Part shown: positions 1 to 10,087 of the stretch, one piece after another
Numbering within the stretch: the first letter of the stretch is position 1
How the letters are laid out: each line of letters starts with the position of its first letter
Sequence record: SRR31156797_3395
Direction: 5' to 3' (one strand)
DNA: 58,011 bases
Position numbers and translations under genes: made by a program
The notes under the pieces: model-generated
Told to the model about the DNA's origin: nothing
Seen by the model: the letters and a program-made list of their open reading frames with translations, nothing else
Databases searched by the model: none

Positions 1-11
1 CTCAGAATGAC
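1..11. repeat. 3' terminus of a palindromic intergenic repeat element (truncated by window edge)
   Basis: CTCAGAATGAC; shares TCAGAATGAC with the right end at 32270-32295 and is related to the CTCGCAGTGAC/CTCAGCATGAC ends elsewhere. Confidence 0.5.
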
Positions 12-30
12 AAAGAAAGGATTTTAAGGT

Positions 31-624
31 ATGTACAACAGAAAAGACGCTTTTTACAAGCAGGCGAAAGCAGAAGGATTTAAATCAAGAGCAGCTTATA
101 AGCTGACCGAACTAAATAAAAAGCACTCACTCTTTCGCAGTGGAGACACTGTGCTTGATGTCGGCTGTGCTCCTGGCGGATGGGTGCAAGTTGTGCTCCT
201 CCAAAAGAAATCAACCGTTGTCGGTGTAGATTTACTCGAAGTTGAAAACCTCGAAGACTCTCGATTTACTTTCATTCAGGGCGACATCACCGAACAGGAA
301 ACTGTAGACAAAGTTATCGAAGCATCACCTATTTACGACTGTGTTGTATCTGATGCCGCACCGAACACTTCCGGCTCGAAGCTTCTCGACCACGTAAATT
401 CAGTCGATCTTGTACGCCTAATATTTTACTTCACCAAAAAGGTTCTCAAAAAAGGCGGCAACTTCACATGTAAGGTTTTCGAAGGCGAAGACCGCTCTGA
501 CCTAGTTGCAGAAATCAGGAAGGATTTTACATTTTCGAAGATGCTCCGACCAGAGGCGACACGTAAAGCATCATTTGAAATGTACTTAGTTTTCAAAGGT
601 TTCAAAGGGAACGATGAACAGTAA
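31..624 (+). CDS. rlmE: 23S rRNA U2552 2'-O-methyltransferase (FtsJ/RlmE)
   Basis: KSRAAYKL, DVGCAPGGW, VVSDAAPN, KVF, PEATRKASFEMY motifs. Confidence 0.93.
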   Translation: MYNRKDAFYKQAKAEGFKSRAAYKLTELNKKHSLFRSGDTVLDVGCAPGGWVQVVLLQKKSTVVGVDLLEVENLEDSRFTFIQGDITEQETVDKVIEASPIYDCVVSDAAPNTSGSKLLDHVNSVDLVRLIFYFTKKVLKKGGNFTCKVFEGEDRSDLVAEIRKDFTFSKMLRPEATRKASFEMYLVFKGFKGNDEQ

Positions 625-1357
625 AGACGTAGAAAATATTCTCAAACTTCTAAAATCCGGCGAGCTTAGTATTGACGAAGCTACATCAAACCTGAGCACT
701 CATCTCGACTTTGATGACGTTAAACCTGACACTTCACGTACGCTCAGGCTCGGTTTTGACGAAACAATTTACGGCAAAAGCAAAACTATCGAACAGATAA
801 AAGCTATTGCTGACAGATACATAGCTAATAATCTCAATTTCGTATGCACAGGACTCTCACCAGAAAAGCTATCTGAGCTGAAAGAGCTCTATCCTCAGTT
901 CACTGCTAACGATCAGGCAGGCATACTTAAACACATTATCAAACCGGCAGAGAGGAAAAACGGCAAGGTCGCCATTATAACCGCCGGCACATCTGACATG
1001 AGAGCCGCCTCAGAAGCTTATGAAATGCTCGATATATCCGGTGTTGATGCAGAAATTTTCGCTGATATAGGTGTTGCAGGCATTCACAGGTTTTTTAGTG
1101 TAAAAGATAAAATCGCTGAATCTGACGTGATAATAGTCATTGCTGGTATGGAAGGTGCACTCCCTTCTGTAGCTGGCGGAATGTTCGCCCAGCCTATAAT
1201 AGCTGTACCCACATCAACGGGTTACGGAGCCGCACTAGAAGGCTTTACAGCGCTATTCTCCATGCTCTCAAGCTGTGCTAACGGCATCACTGTAGTAAAT
1301 ATTGACAACGGATTTGGTGCTGCGATGGCAGCTTTCCGCATTATAAACAGTAAATAA
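614..1357 (+). CDS. larB: Nickel-pincer cofactor biosynthesis protein LarB (AIR carboxylase-like)
   Basis: ITAGTSD, DIGVAGIHR, AGMEGALPSV, AVPTSTGYG, VVNIDNGFGAA motifs; overlaps rlmE stop. Confidence 0.9.
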   Translation: MNSKDVENILKLLKSGELSIDEATSNLSTHLDFDDVKPDTSRTLRLGFDETIYGKSKTIEQIKAIADRYIANNLNFVCTGLSPEKLSELKELYPQFTANDQAGILKHIIKPAERKNGKVAIITAGTSDMRAASEAYEMLDISGVDAEIFADIGVAGIHRFFSVKDKIAESDVIIVIAGMEGALPSVAGGMFAQPIIAVPTSTGYGAALEGFTALFSMLSSCANGITVVNIDNGFGAAMAAFRIINSK

Positions 1358-1379
1358 TCAGCAAATGTGCAAAATCACT

Positions 1380-1398
1380 TGTGATAATTTATATCACA
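1380..1398. promoter_or_regulatory. Perfect 7-5-7 inverted repeat, candidate operator upstream of the DUF134 gene
   Basis: TGTGATA-ATTTA-TATCACA seen directly; regulator unknown. Confidence 0.4.
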
Positions 1399-1475
1399 CC
1401 ATATAATATATTACACATATACTCAAATTTTATTAAAGGCGTTCTCTTTAAACTGTAGCGCCACGGAGATTTAAT

Positions 1476-1865
1476 ATGCCAAGACCATCAAAGCCTAGAG
1501 TGATAGGCGTAAGACCTGAAATATCCAATTTCAAACCAAGAGGAATCCCTTCAAAGAAACTCAAAACTGTAAACCTCGCTCTCGACGAATTTGAAGCTAT
1601 CAGGCTCGCCGACTACGAAGGTTTATCACACGAAGACGCTGCTGTACTTATGAATATATCCAGACCGACATTTTCAAGACTTGTGGAGAAAGCGAGAATA
1701 AACATCGCAAACTTCATCGTCGAGGGTGCAGAGCTGACTATTGAAGGCGGTAATGTGGAATATAGAGATTGTGGTTGCTCTAACTGCAAAGAAGGGCTTC
1801 CCGCAAGCCGTATCGAGCGCAGAAACCACAAGTGCAACACAAACAACGCACAGGAAGAGGCTTAG
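1476..1865 (+). CDS. DUF134 family putative DNA-binding protein with Cys-rich tail
   Basis: MPRP start, FKPRGIP, DEFEAIRLADYEGLSHEDAA..MNISRPTFSR; C-terminal CxCxxC. Confidence 0.88.
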   Translation: MPRPSKPRVIGVRPEISNFKPRGIPSKKLKTVNLALDEFEAIRLADYEGLSHEDAAVLMNISRPTFSRLVEKARINIANFIVEGAELTIEGGNVEYRDCGCSNCKEGLPASRIERRNHKCNTNNAQEEA

Positions 1866-2542
1866 TCCTCTTTAAATCTCTTTTTTGCGATAGTTAAAAC
1901 AAATGGTGCTTTGATATCATCAGGGACAGCGCGGCGAATATCTTTTGCCGTGCCCCTGTATGTGACTTCATCTGGCATCCCGAGATTCATCGAAAGACTC
2001 ATCTTTTTATCTATGAATGAAACTTCGTCCAAAAGCTGGTGAAGCACGTATGGACGTTCCATAAGCACAACTGTATCACGGTTATTGCTTACTCTGTCTA
2101 AGAATTTTTTACGGTCAGTGCTGTCCTTCGGAGGAAATCCCATAAAGTGAAAGCTCTCAGCAAAAAGCCCTGAAACAGAGAGCGCCGCAAGTATCGATGA
2201 TGGTCCCGGCACAGATATAACTTTATGCCCGGCAGACCACGCCATATTTATAAAATCATAGCCCGGATCAGCCACACAAGGCGTTCCGGCATCAGATATA
2301 AGAAGCACATTTTCAAACTCTTCAGCCACTTCAACAAGATACTCTTTGTCACGTTTAAGGGAATGCTCGTTAAGAAACATCTGCTCCTTCTCACGCACAC
2401 CAGCCGCCGCCATAAAGCGACCGAGGTTGCGCCTGTCCTCACCTATTATAAGCCCGCATGTTGCCGCTAACTCTTTCAGATAAGGTGACATTTTAGAATA
2501 ATCGCCAGTAATGTCAGTTCCTGCTACGTATATATTTGACAT
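1862..2542 (-). CDS. rsmI: 16S rRNA C1402 2'-O-methyltransferase (RsmI, tetrapyrrole methylase family)
   Basis: ISDAGTPCVADPG, VPGPSSILAALSVSG, FHFMGFPP motifs; somewhat short and divergent. Confidence 0.8.
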   Translation of the reverse strand: MSNIYVAGTDITGDYSKMSPYLKELAATCGLIIGEDRRNLGRFMAAAGVREKEQMFLNEHSLKRDKEYLVEVAEEFENVLLISDAGTPCVADPGYDFINMAWSAGHKVISVPGPSSILAALSVSGLFAESFHFMGFPPKDSTDRKKFLDRVSNNRDTVVLMERPYVLHQLLDEVSFIDKKMSLSMNLGMPDEVTYRGTAKDIRRAVPDDIKAPFVLTIAKKRFKED

Positions 2543-2543
2543 A

Positions 2544-3812
2544 TTAACCTATTACCTCAAGCCCGCCAAGGTATGGACGGAGAACCTCTGGCACTGTCAC
2601 TGTGCCGTCTTCGTTCTGATAGTTCTCAAGGATAGCGAGGAATGTCCTTCCTACCGCAAGCCCGGAGCCGTTTATTGTATGCGCGAACTCAACCTTCTTC
2701 TCGCCTTTTCTGCGGAAACGGATTGAGGCACGTCTCGCCTGATAATCTAAAAATGTAGAACATGAAGAAATCTCTCTGTATGTTTCAGCAGACGGGAGCC
2801 AAACTTCTATGTCGAAAGTTTTCGCAGAAGAGAAACCTATGTCGCCGCTGCAAAGTGTCATAACCCTGTATGGAAGCTCTAGCTTCTGAAGGATAAGCTC
2901 AGCAGATTCGAGAAGCTCCATAAGCTCCGCATCAGAATCCTCCGGCTTAGTCACCTTAACAAGCTCAACTTTATTAAACTGATGCTGGCGGATAAGTCCT
3001 CTAACGTCCTTACCGTGGGAGCCAGCCTCACGCCTGAAACAAGCGGAGTAAGAGCAGTGCTTCACAGGAAGCATCTCTTCATCAAGGATTTCCTGTGAGT
3101 AGAGATTTGTAACAGAAACCTCTGCCGTAGGAATAAGATAAAGCTCATCACGCTCACATTTGAACAGGTCTTCTTCGAACTTAGGGAGCTGACCTGTACC
3201 CTTCATAGCATCAGCGTTAACGAGGTAAGGAGCAATAACTTCTTTGTATCCACGCTCAGCGTGTGTGTCGAGCATGAAGTTAATCAGTGCACGCTCAAGC
3301 TTTGCACCGAGTCCCATATATGCTGTAAATCTTGATTTTGAAATCTTTACGCCACGCTCGAAATCAACTATGCCGAGGTCTTCTGCGATATCCCAGTGAG
3401 GTTTCGCATCAAACCCAAGCTCTTTCGGCTCGCCCCATGTTCTGAGAAGCTCATTATCATCTTCGTCGCTACCCATAGGTACATCCGCCATAACTATGTT
3501 AGGCAGTGTGAGGAGCATGTCGTTCATACTTGTCTGAGCTTCTGCAAGCTCTTTATCTATTTCAGCTATTCTGTCACCGGCATCACGCATTTTCGCCTGA
3601 ATCTCGGAGATATCTCCGCCGGATTTTTTTATAGCACCGATCTCTTTACTAACTTTATTGCGCTCAGCCTTGAGAACGTCATTCTCAGCCTGAAGGGATT
3701 TGCGCTTCTCATCAAAAGCGAGCAGAGCATCGAAATCAAACTCAGCATTTCGCGCCTTTGTTCTCTCTTTTACTTCGTCAATGTTTGCAATGATATATTT
3801 GATATCAAGCAT
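2544..3812 (-). CDS. serS: Serine--tRNA ligase
   Basis: N-terminal coiled coil, GTGQLPKFEED, LIPTAEV, FRREAGS, RQHQFNKVE, HTINGSGLAVGR. Confidence 0.98.
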   Translation of the reverse strand: MLDIKYIIANIDEVKERTKARNAEFDFDALLAFDEKRKSLQAENDVLKAERNKVSKEIGAIKKSGGDISEIQAKMRDAGDRIAEIDKELAEAQTSMNDMLLTLPNIVMADVPMGSDEDDNELLRTWGEPKELGFDAKPHWDIAEDLGIVDFERGVKISKSRFTAYMGLGAKLERALINFMLDTHAERGYKEVIAPYLVNADAMKGTGQLPKFEEDLFKCERDELYLIPTAEVSVTNLYSQEILDEEMLPVKHCSYSACFRREAGSHGKDVRGLIRQHQFNKVELVKVTKPEDSDAELMELLESAELILQKLELPYRVMTLCSGDIGFSSAKTFDIEVWLPSAETYREISSCSTFLDYQARRASIRFRRKGEKKVEFAHTINGSGLAVGRTFLAILENYQNEDGTVTVPEVLRPYLGGLEVIG

Positions 3813-4592
3813 TTACTTCTCCTCTTTTTCGCCGAGCTTAACAGTTATCTTAGCAAGCAGCCCTGTAAGCTCCCTCGCCACTTCAACCCCGTATTTAGAG
3901 TTAGGGCGTTCTTTCACAAGTTTTTTGAATACATTCACAGCCGCAAGCTCACGGTCTTTCTGACCAGCGAGATACTTACCATAAGTGTATAGAGCCTCTT
4001 CGTAAGCGACTGTGTCTTCGTAGTTATCTATGAGAAACTGGAGCCTTGTCTCTGCTGGAGCTGGCTCATTTATACGGAAATAGAACTTAGCAACGTAAAG
4101 TTCTCTTGATGCAAGCATACCACGGAGCTCAACTATCTTCTTATTCAGCTCATATTCACGTGCGAAGCTAGGCGACTTATCACGAAGCTTGACAAAAGTT
4201 ATAAGCGCACCCTCAGCCGCACCCATGTCACGGTCGATTGTTGAGAGCATAGCGTAATGGGAAAGCCCCATACGGAGCAGCGCTGTGTTAGCATCATCCG
4301 TCTCGCCGTATATCTCGAGGAACTGCTCATAAGCAGGGATAGCCTCCGGATATTGTTTATCAAGGAAATAGGCATCCGCAAGAAACAACTGCGCCTTAGC
4401 AGCCATCTCAGGAGTTTCAGCCTCCATAAGTGTATTCTCAAAATGAGGTATAGCTCTCTCATATTTACCTTTCTGGAAATATGCCATACCTTTCTTCATG
4501 CTGACATCAGCCGGCGGCATTTTTTCAACTTTTTTAGCACAACCAGCAAAAGCGAGCGTGCAAACAATCAGCAGTAAAATAAACTTTCTCAT
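3813..4592 (-). CDS. bamD: Outer membrane protein assembly factor BamD (TPR lipoprotein)
   Basis: Lipobox FAGC, TPR helices, IDRD and ELYVAKFY motifs typical of BamD/YfiO. Confidence 0.85.
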   Translation of the reverse strand: MRKFILLLIVCTLAFAGCAKKVEKMPPADVSMKKGMAYFQKGKYERAIPHFENTLMEAETPEMAAKAQLFLADAYFLDKQYPEAIPAYEQFLEIYGETDDANTALLRMGLSHYAMLSTIDRDMGAAEGALITFVKLRDKSPSFAREYELNKKIVELRGMLASRELYVAKFYFRINEPAPAETRLQFLIDNYEDTVAYEEALYTYGKYLAGQKDRELAAVNVFKKLVKERPNSKYGVEVARELTGLLAKITVKLGEKEEK

Positions 4593-4746
4593 GCGTCACC
4601 TATCTTTTCTATTAATTAGAACAAAAATAACATCAGTGTAATTTTTGTTCAATCGCTCATGCAAACAAGTCTGCATTCGCTCCCACTCTGGTAATGATTT
4701 GCAATAAATCACAAATCAGTTACCTCCGTGAGACACATCCTGTGTC

Positions 4747-6051
4747 TTAAACTTTATCTATTATCTCGCAGTATATATCAGGGTAAATAATTCTTTTTAT
4801 CTTACAGACATATGGACCGTATCCATCGGTTGCGATCCCATCTATAAAAAACGCCTTTCCATCTATCTCAGGAGCCTGAAAAGTCGCTCTACCTTGTAAA
4901 ATTAGTTCGGACTCTTCACTAACGCCTTCGACAAAGCAGATTATGTCGTTTTTTTTCAGCATTTTCAAGCGGTTATTGGTATTTCTCTTCTGCTCTTTCT
5001 GTAATGCTTTGATCCGTCTGTTAGTCTCACGTTTCCCAGCACCCTCGCCAAGTTCGTAAGCGGACGTACCCACTTCACGATAATATGGAAAAAAACCTGC
5101 GAAATCAGGCTTATGGCGAATAAGAAATTTCTCTAGTTCAGCAAAATCTTCCTCCGCCTCACCCGGAAAGCCGACTATCATTGTCGTACGCAAAAAGCTC
5201 TCAGGGTCCGCCTCTCTTATACTATCGAAAACCTTATCTATAATCTTACTTGTTGACTTCCTCTTCATCGCCTTAAGCATCTTATCGCTGTAGTGCTGAA
5301 CAGGAATATCAAAGTAGCTAAGTATCTTATCAGAACCGCAAACGGTGTCGATCAGCTCTTGTGTAACGCCGTCAGGGTTAATGTACATCACACGAATCTG
5401 AAAGTCACCCTCGATAGCCTCAAGCTCTTTCAGAAGCTCAACTATCCTCGGTTCACCATATATATCAGTTCCGTATTTTGTATTATCCTGTGAGATAACA
5501 ATAAGTTCCTTAACACCGTCACCCACAAGCTGTTTCGCTTCTTTAAGCACAGCTTCCATCGGTCTTGAAGCAAGATTGCCCCTAATACCCGGGATAGCGC
5601 AGTAAGAGCATCTGTTGTTGCACCCTTCAGAAACCTTCAGGTATGCGTAGTAATTCTCATTGGCGAGAACTCTCGAATCACCATAATCCACAGTAAGCTG
5701 ATTATCACCTTTAAGGTAAGTGATTACCCTGTCCAGATCGCCTACGCCAGTATAGAAATCTATCTCCGGCAGATCGTCCTTTATCGACTCCATATATCTT
5801 TCTGTCATGCATCCGGTAACGATGAGCTTTGCGCCATCTTTACGTCTTTCGTGCATCTCGAGGATATTATCTATCGCTTCATTAACCGCAGGTTCGATGA
5901 ATCCGCATGTATTTACAACTATATAGTCTGATTCTTCCGGAATATTTGTGATTTCGTAGCCGTTGCTAACCGTTGCACCCATCAGATATTCGAGATCCAC
6001 CTGATTTTTTGAGCATCCAAGGCTGATAAAAGAAACTTTATTGTTTTTCAA
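4747..6051 (-). CDS. rimO: Ribosomal protein S12 methylthiotransferase RimO (start uncertain: TTG 6051 or ATG 6081)
   Basis: SLGCSKNQVD, NTCGFI, radical SAM CNNRCSYC, APEIDG in TRAM domain. Confidence 0.92.
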   Translation of the reverse strand: MKNNKVSFISLGCSKNQVDLEYLMGATVSNGYEITNIPEESDYIVVNTCGFIEPAVNEAIDNILEMHERRKDGAKLIVTGCMTERYMESIKDDLPEIDFYTGVGDLDRVITYLKGDNQLTVDYGDSRVLANENYYAYLKVSEGCNNRCSYCAIPGIRGNLASRPMEAVLKEAKQLVGDGVKELIVISQDNTKYGTDIYGEPRIVELLKELEAIEGDFQIRVMYINPDGVTQELIDTVCGSDKILSYFDIPVQHYSDKMLKAMKRKSTSKIIDKVFDSIREADPESFLRTTMIVGFPGEAEEDFAELEKFLIRHKPDFAGFFPYYREVGTSAYELGEGAGKRETNRRIKALQKEQKRNTNNRLKMLKKNDIICFVEGVSEESELILQGRATFQAPEIDGKAFFIDGIATDGYGPYVCKIKRIIYPDIYCEIIDKV

Positions 6052-6958
6052 GGAGCACCCTAATTTTTTTACAATCCTCATCTATCTGAGCTATCAGCTC
6101 GTCAACACTGGCAAACTTTTTATCGCCACGGATAAACTCAACAAGCTCAACAGTAATCTTTTTACCATATAAGTTTTCTGAAAAGTCGAATATGTTGACC
6201 TCTACCCTCTTACTGCCGGCGTCAGCCACTGTCGGTCTATCGCCTATGTAAAGAGCGCCGTTATAAACTCTATCGTCAACATACACTCTGCTTGAATAGA
6301 TGCCGCTGGCGGGAATAAGTTCGTTTTCAGGGACAATATTCGCCGTAGGGAAGCCTATCTTGGTGGCTAACCCATCACCACGGACAACCTCACCCCTCAT
6401 TATGTAATTTCTACCGAGGAGCTTTGATGCTGTAGCAATATCACCTTCAAGCAGGCTGTTACGAATATTAGTGCTGGAAGCAGTAAACCCTTCCACAGTA
6501 ACCTTCGGCACCCTGAGTGATGTGAAGCCGTGTTTCTCCCCCATTGTCTGGAGGAATTCGTATGAACCCTGCCTCTTTCGCCCGAAGCGATAGTCGTAGC
6601 CGACAACGATAAAACTCGCCATCATCTTTTTAAGTAGAAATTCTCTAACAAAGACTGACGGGTTTATTCCGGCAAGCTCTTTATTGAAATCCATCAGAAA
6701 AAGTTTGTCCACTCCAAGCTTTTCTAGCTCAGCAACCTTCATCTCTGTGGTCTGAAGGAGCTTAACATCAGCACCGAAAAAGCGCATAGGGTGCGGATCA
6801 AAAGTTACTATTCCGCTCTCAAACCCTCTGTCATCAGCAAGTTCAACAACACGCTTAATAATCTCAGCGTGCCCGAGGTGCACCCCGTCAAAGTTGCCTA
6901 TGCTGACAGCCATTCTGCTTGTCGCCTGAAAGTGGGTAAGGTCTCTTATAATTTCCAT
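6038..6958 (-). CDS. ribF: Bifunctional riboflavin kinase/FAD synthetase
   Basis: IGNFDGVHLGH, TFDPHP, VGYDYRFG, SSTNIR, IGFPTAN. Confidence 0.96.
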   Translation of the reverse strand: MEIIRDLTHFQATSRMAVSIGNFDGVHLGHAEIIKRVVELADDRGFESGIVTFDPHPMRFFGADVKLLQTTEMKVAELEKLGVDKLFLMDFNKELAGINPSVFVREFLLKKMMASFIVVGYDYRFGRKRQGSYEFLQTMGEKHGFTSLRVPKVTVEGFTASSTNIRNSLLEGDIATASKLLGRNYIMRGEVVRGDGLATKIGFPTANIVPENELIPASGIYSSRVYVDDRVYNGALYIGDRPTVADAGSKRVEVNIFDFSENLYGKKITVELVEFIRGDKKFASVDELIAQIDEDCKKIRVLLEKQ

Positions 6959-7025
6959 CGTGCATATAAATATGCCAAACAGAGGTGATAAATCAACATC
7001 TTTTATTTTTAGTTGTTAAATTCAA

Positions 7026-7055
7026 TTGACAAAAGGTATTTGCCATATATATAAA
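7026..7055 (+). promoter_or_regulatory. Putative sigma70 promoter of arsR-tolC
   Basis: TTGACA at 7026 followed 16-18 bp later by TATATA/TATAAA; AGGAG RBS before ATG 7107. Confidence 0.45.
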
Positions 7056-7106
7056 TATATAGATAAAGTATCGTGTTTATTATAATTTCATTTAGGAGCT
7101 AGAGGT

Positions 7107-7406
7107 ATGGAAGACTGGTTTAATACTTACGCAGAAAAACTAAAAGCACTCGGGCACCCTATCAGGCTTAAGCTTGTTATAGGGCTTATGAGTAACGAGT
7201 GTAATGTAACGAAGATATGCAAAGGGCTTGAGATTCCCCAAGCTACAACCAGCCAACATCTGGCTATCCTCAAAAACAAAGGGATAATAGTCGGTAAGAG
7301 AACCGGAACAAGTATATGCTATAGCATCTGTGATGACGGGATCAAAGAGATGGTCAAAGAACTCATGGAGAAGACTGGATGCAAATCACCATGCGAAGAG
7401 GCTTAA
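7107..7406 (+). CDS. ArsR/SmtB family transcriptional regulator, six Cys
   Basis: KALGHPIRL, IPQATTSQHLAILK wHTH. Confidence 0.92.
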   Translation: MEDWFNTYAEKLKALGHPIRLKLVIGLMSNECNVTKICKGLEIPQATTSQHLAILKNKGIIVGKRTGTSICYSICDDGIKEMVKELMEKTGCKSPCEEA

Positions 7407-8698
7407 TAGCCGCACTCACACTTCTGCTGTCCGTATCTGCCTATGCGAAGCCTATGAGCTTTGACGAGGCGAAGAAGACAGCTCTTGAAAATTCGAATAT
7501 GATCAAATCATATCAGGCTAAAGAGAAGGCCGCATCATATCGCCATATGCAGGCGGTGGGCGGATTTATGCCTAAACTGACTTTCACACAAACTTATATG
7601 AGGACTGACGAACCTGCTAATGCAGCATTTGCTATGATGAAACAGGGACGTTTTGACATGACGTATTTCGGTTCTCAGCTACCCGACCCGGATTATAAAA
7701 CAAACCACTCAAGCAAAGTGCAGATTATGCAGCCTATCTTTATGAAGGGGCAGATAATATTCGGCATCAAACAGGCTAAAGAAGCTTATCAGGCGAGCAG
7801 GTTTGAAACCGAACGAGTAAAACAGTTCACACTTTTCAACCTGCACAGAGCCTTCTACGGGCTTGCCCTCGCTGAGAAAGCGCTCGACGTAGTTAAACTC
7901 TCATACGAAAGAACAAACAGATATTACCATACATCAGAAGATTTTTATAATAACGGACTGATAGTAAAAAGCGACCTGCTGGTTGCGGAGAGCTACCTTC
8001 TCACTAACGATCAGGCTGTTAAAGAAGCAGAGAAACAGCACGCAGTCGCCATGAGCCAGCTCCAAAGGGTTCTAGCATCTGACGAGGCTATTGAGATCGT
8101 CTGGACAGACCCTAAGCTCACCTTTGATGCAAACCTCGAAAAATATATCAAAGAAGGTATGGTGTCGAGGCAGGATCTTGTCGCTATGAAAAAATATTCA
8201 AATGTCACCAAATTTGAAAACAGTAAATCCAAAACAGCCTATCTGCCGTCTGTAGCTGTATTTGCTGACTATCAGCGCAATGATGATGATATGTTCGGCA
8301 ATAACGGCGAGGGATACACCTTCGGCGCACAGATGGAGCTGAATCTGTTTAACGGACTCTCAGATTACAACAAAACAAGAGAAACAAAAAGCTCTCACTA
8401 CGCTATGCTTCACCAGATAGCGGACAAGAGACTTGAAATAAAATCTGATATAAAAACTTCATACTACGGCGTTATAGCCGCTTCAAAACAGATTGAGGCA
8501 TCTAAAAAACGTGTCGAAGCAGCTCAGAAAGCACTCGAAATAACCGAAAACAGATTCAATGAGGGCTTAAGCAAGGTTACAGAACTACTCGACCGTGAAG
8601 TAGACCTCAAACAGGCCGAGCTTTCACTATACATGTCGGAATACCAGCAAATAGTTGAAAAGGCTGGCTTGCATCTAGCGACTGGTACTTTAAAGTAG
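7379..8698 (+). CDS. TolC family outer membrane efflux protein
   Basis: Signal peptide, two OEP repeats (FMPKLTF, YLPSVAVF, LNLFNG, RFNEG). Confidence 0.9.
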   Translation: MQITMRRGLIAALTLLLSVSAYAKPMSFDEAKKTALENSNMIKSYQAKEKAASYRHMQAVGGFMPKLTFTQTYMRTDEPANAAFAMMKQGRFDMTYFGSQLPDPDYKTNHSSKVQIMQPIFMKGQIIFGIKQAKEAYQASRFETERVKQFTLFNLHRAFYGLALAEKALDVVKLSYERTNRYYHTSEDFYNNGLIVKSDLLVAESYLLTNDQAVKEAEKQHAVAMSQLQRVLASDEAIEIVWTDPKLTFDANLEKYIKEGMVSRQDLVAMKKYSNVTKFENSKSKTAYLPSVAVFADYQRNDDDMFGNNGEGYTFGAQMELNLFNGLSDYNKTRETKSSHYAMLHQIADKRLEIKSDIKTSYYGVIAASKQIEASKKRVEAAQKALEITENRFNEGLSKVTELLDREVDLKQAELSLYMSEYQQIVEKAGLHLATGTLK

Positions 8699-8737
8699 GC
8701 TGGTTTAGTTAAATGTTAAAACTAACAATCATATAAA

Positions 8738-8766
8738 TTGACGTGGCAATCACTTTGGATTACTAT
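8738..8766 (+). promoter_or_regulatory. Sigma70-type promoter of the sugar transferase gene
   Basis: TTGACG-17 bp-TACTAT. Confidence 0.6.
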
Positions 8767-8797
8767 TTAAGATACTAATATTCAACAAGGGTATCAA

Positions 8798-10087
8798 ATG
8801 TTTAATAATAAATATCTACCATACATAGTAATGTGCTTTATAGATGTAATATTTTTCATTATTATTGGAAATACTCAGGAAAACATTGCAAACAATCATG
8901 CATATTTTTCACTATTAGCTTTTCTTTTCATTGCTCTTAACCTCTTTTTCGGCTTTTACAGCAGATACTCTAGGGGGCGCTCGCTATTTGCCGTAATGCT
9001 CTTTGGGCACACAATGTCGTTTGTAGTTTTTTCTATTACTATACAAACCTTTATATTTTATGATTTGATCACAACAAGAACTGAAACAATCTTTTTCAGT
9101 TTAACGCTACTCGTTTATCTAATCTTCAGAAGAGTTGCAAGAAAACTCACCTATAGACCTCAAAAAAGAGATTTTTATATCATAAAAAATGACAATACTG
9201 ATTCTCTTGAAAAATCTCTAAAAAAAGAAATCACAAATAATAAATATATCCAATACCAGGGGCTATGTACTGCACATGACATGTTTGATATCACTGAAGA
9301 AAATGATCAATCAATGGCGATAATAGGAAACTTAAACGATTATACAGATGAAGAGCAAAAAACTATTCTTAACATGAAAATAAAAGGTTGTCATATATAT
9401 ACATATGCTGATTTCTTTGAAAAATTCTATTCTAAAATACTTGTCGGAAACATCTCTGATGAGTGGATAGTTCTATCAAAAGGCTTTGATAGCATTTTTC
9501 AAGATAGATATCTGCGCCTGAAAAAACTCTTTGACATGTCTGTGTCCCTTTTCGGACTTATTTTAGCTTCACCACTTTTAATAATGGCAGCAATAATGAT
9601 TAAGCTGGATTCTAAAGGACCAATCATATTCTCTCAGGAGAGAACAGGGCTGAACATGAAAACCTTCACCATATATAAGCTCAGGACAATGCGCTCAGAT
9701 GCCGAATCAGGGAAAGCAGTATGGGCGACAAAAAACGACTCTAGAATCACGAAAATCGGTAGTTTTCTTCGTAAAACAAGAATAGACGAAATACCTCAAC
9801 TTATAAATGTGCTCAAAGGAGACATGAGCTTCATAGGTCCTAGACCTGAAAGACCACAGTTTGATGAAGAACTGGCAGAGCAGATACCTTACTATTCCAC
9901 AAGATATGTTATCAAACCGGGGCTCACTGGCTGGGCACAGGTAAACTATGGATACGGAGCCAGTGTAGAAGATTCCAAAATAAAGCTCATGTATGACCTA
10001 TATTATATTAAAAATTACTCTTTCCTCTTCGACTGTAAGATCGTCGTCAACACTCTCTTTGTAGTTCTTTTCGGCAGAGGTCGTTAA
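8798..10087 (+). CDS. Polyprenyl glycosyl-phosphotransferase (WcaJ/WbaP-type initiating sugar transferase)
   Basis: 4 N-terminal TM helices; Bac_transf domain: KLRTM, DSRITKIG, LRKTRIDEIPQL, GDMSFIGPRPE, KPGLTGWAQV. Confidence 0.93.
   Translation: MFNNKYLPYIVMCFIDVIFFIIIGNTQENIANNHAYFSLLAFLFIALNLFFGFYSRYSRGRSLFAVMLFGHTMSFVVFSITIQTFIFYDLITTRTETIFFSLTLLVYLIFRRVARKLTYRPQKRDFYIIKNDNTDSLEKSLKKEITNNKYIQYQGLCTAHDMFDITEENDQSMAIIGNLNDYTDEEQKTILNMKIKGCHIYTYADFFEKFYSKILVGNISDEWIVLSKGFDSIFQDRYLRLKKLFDMSVSLFGLILASPLLIMAAIMIKLDSKGPIIFSQERTGLNMKTFTIYKLRTMRSDAESGKAVWATKNDSRITKIGSFLRKTRIDEIPQLINVLKGDMSFIGPRPERPQFDEELAEQIPYYSTRYVIKPGLTGWAQVNYGYGASVEDSKIKLMYDLYYIKNYSFLFDCKIVVNTLFVVLFGRGR

Noticed and set aside
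3396-4577. Antisense ORFs (198, 87 and 106 aa) over serS/bamD, and the many similar shadow ORFs in the track
   Set aside because: They lie opposite or out of frame to well-supported genes and show no recognisable motifs
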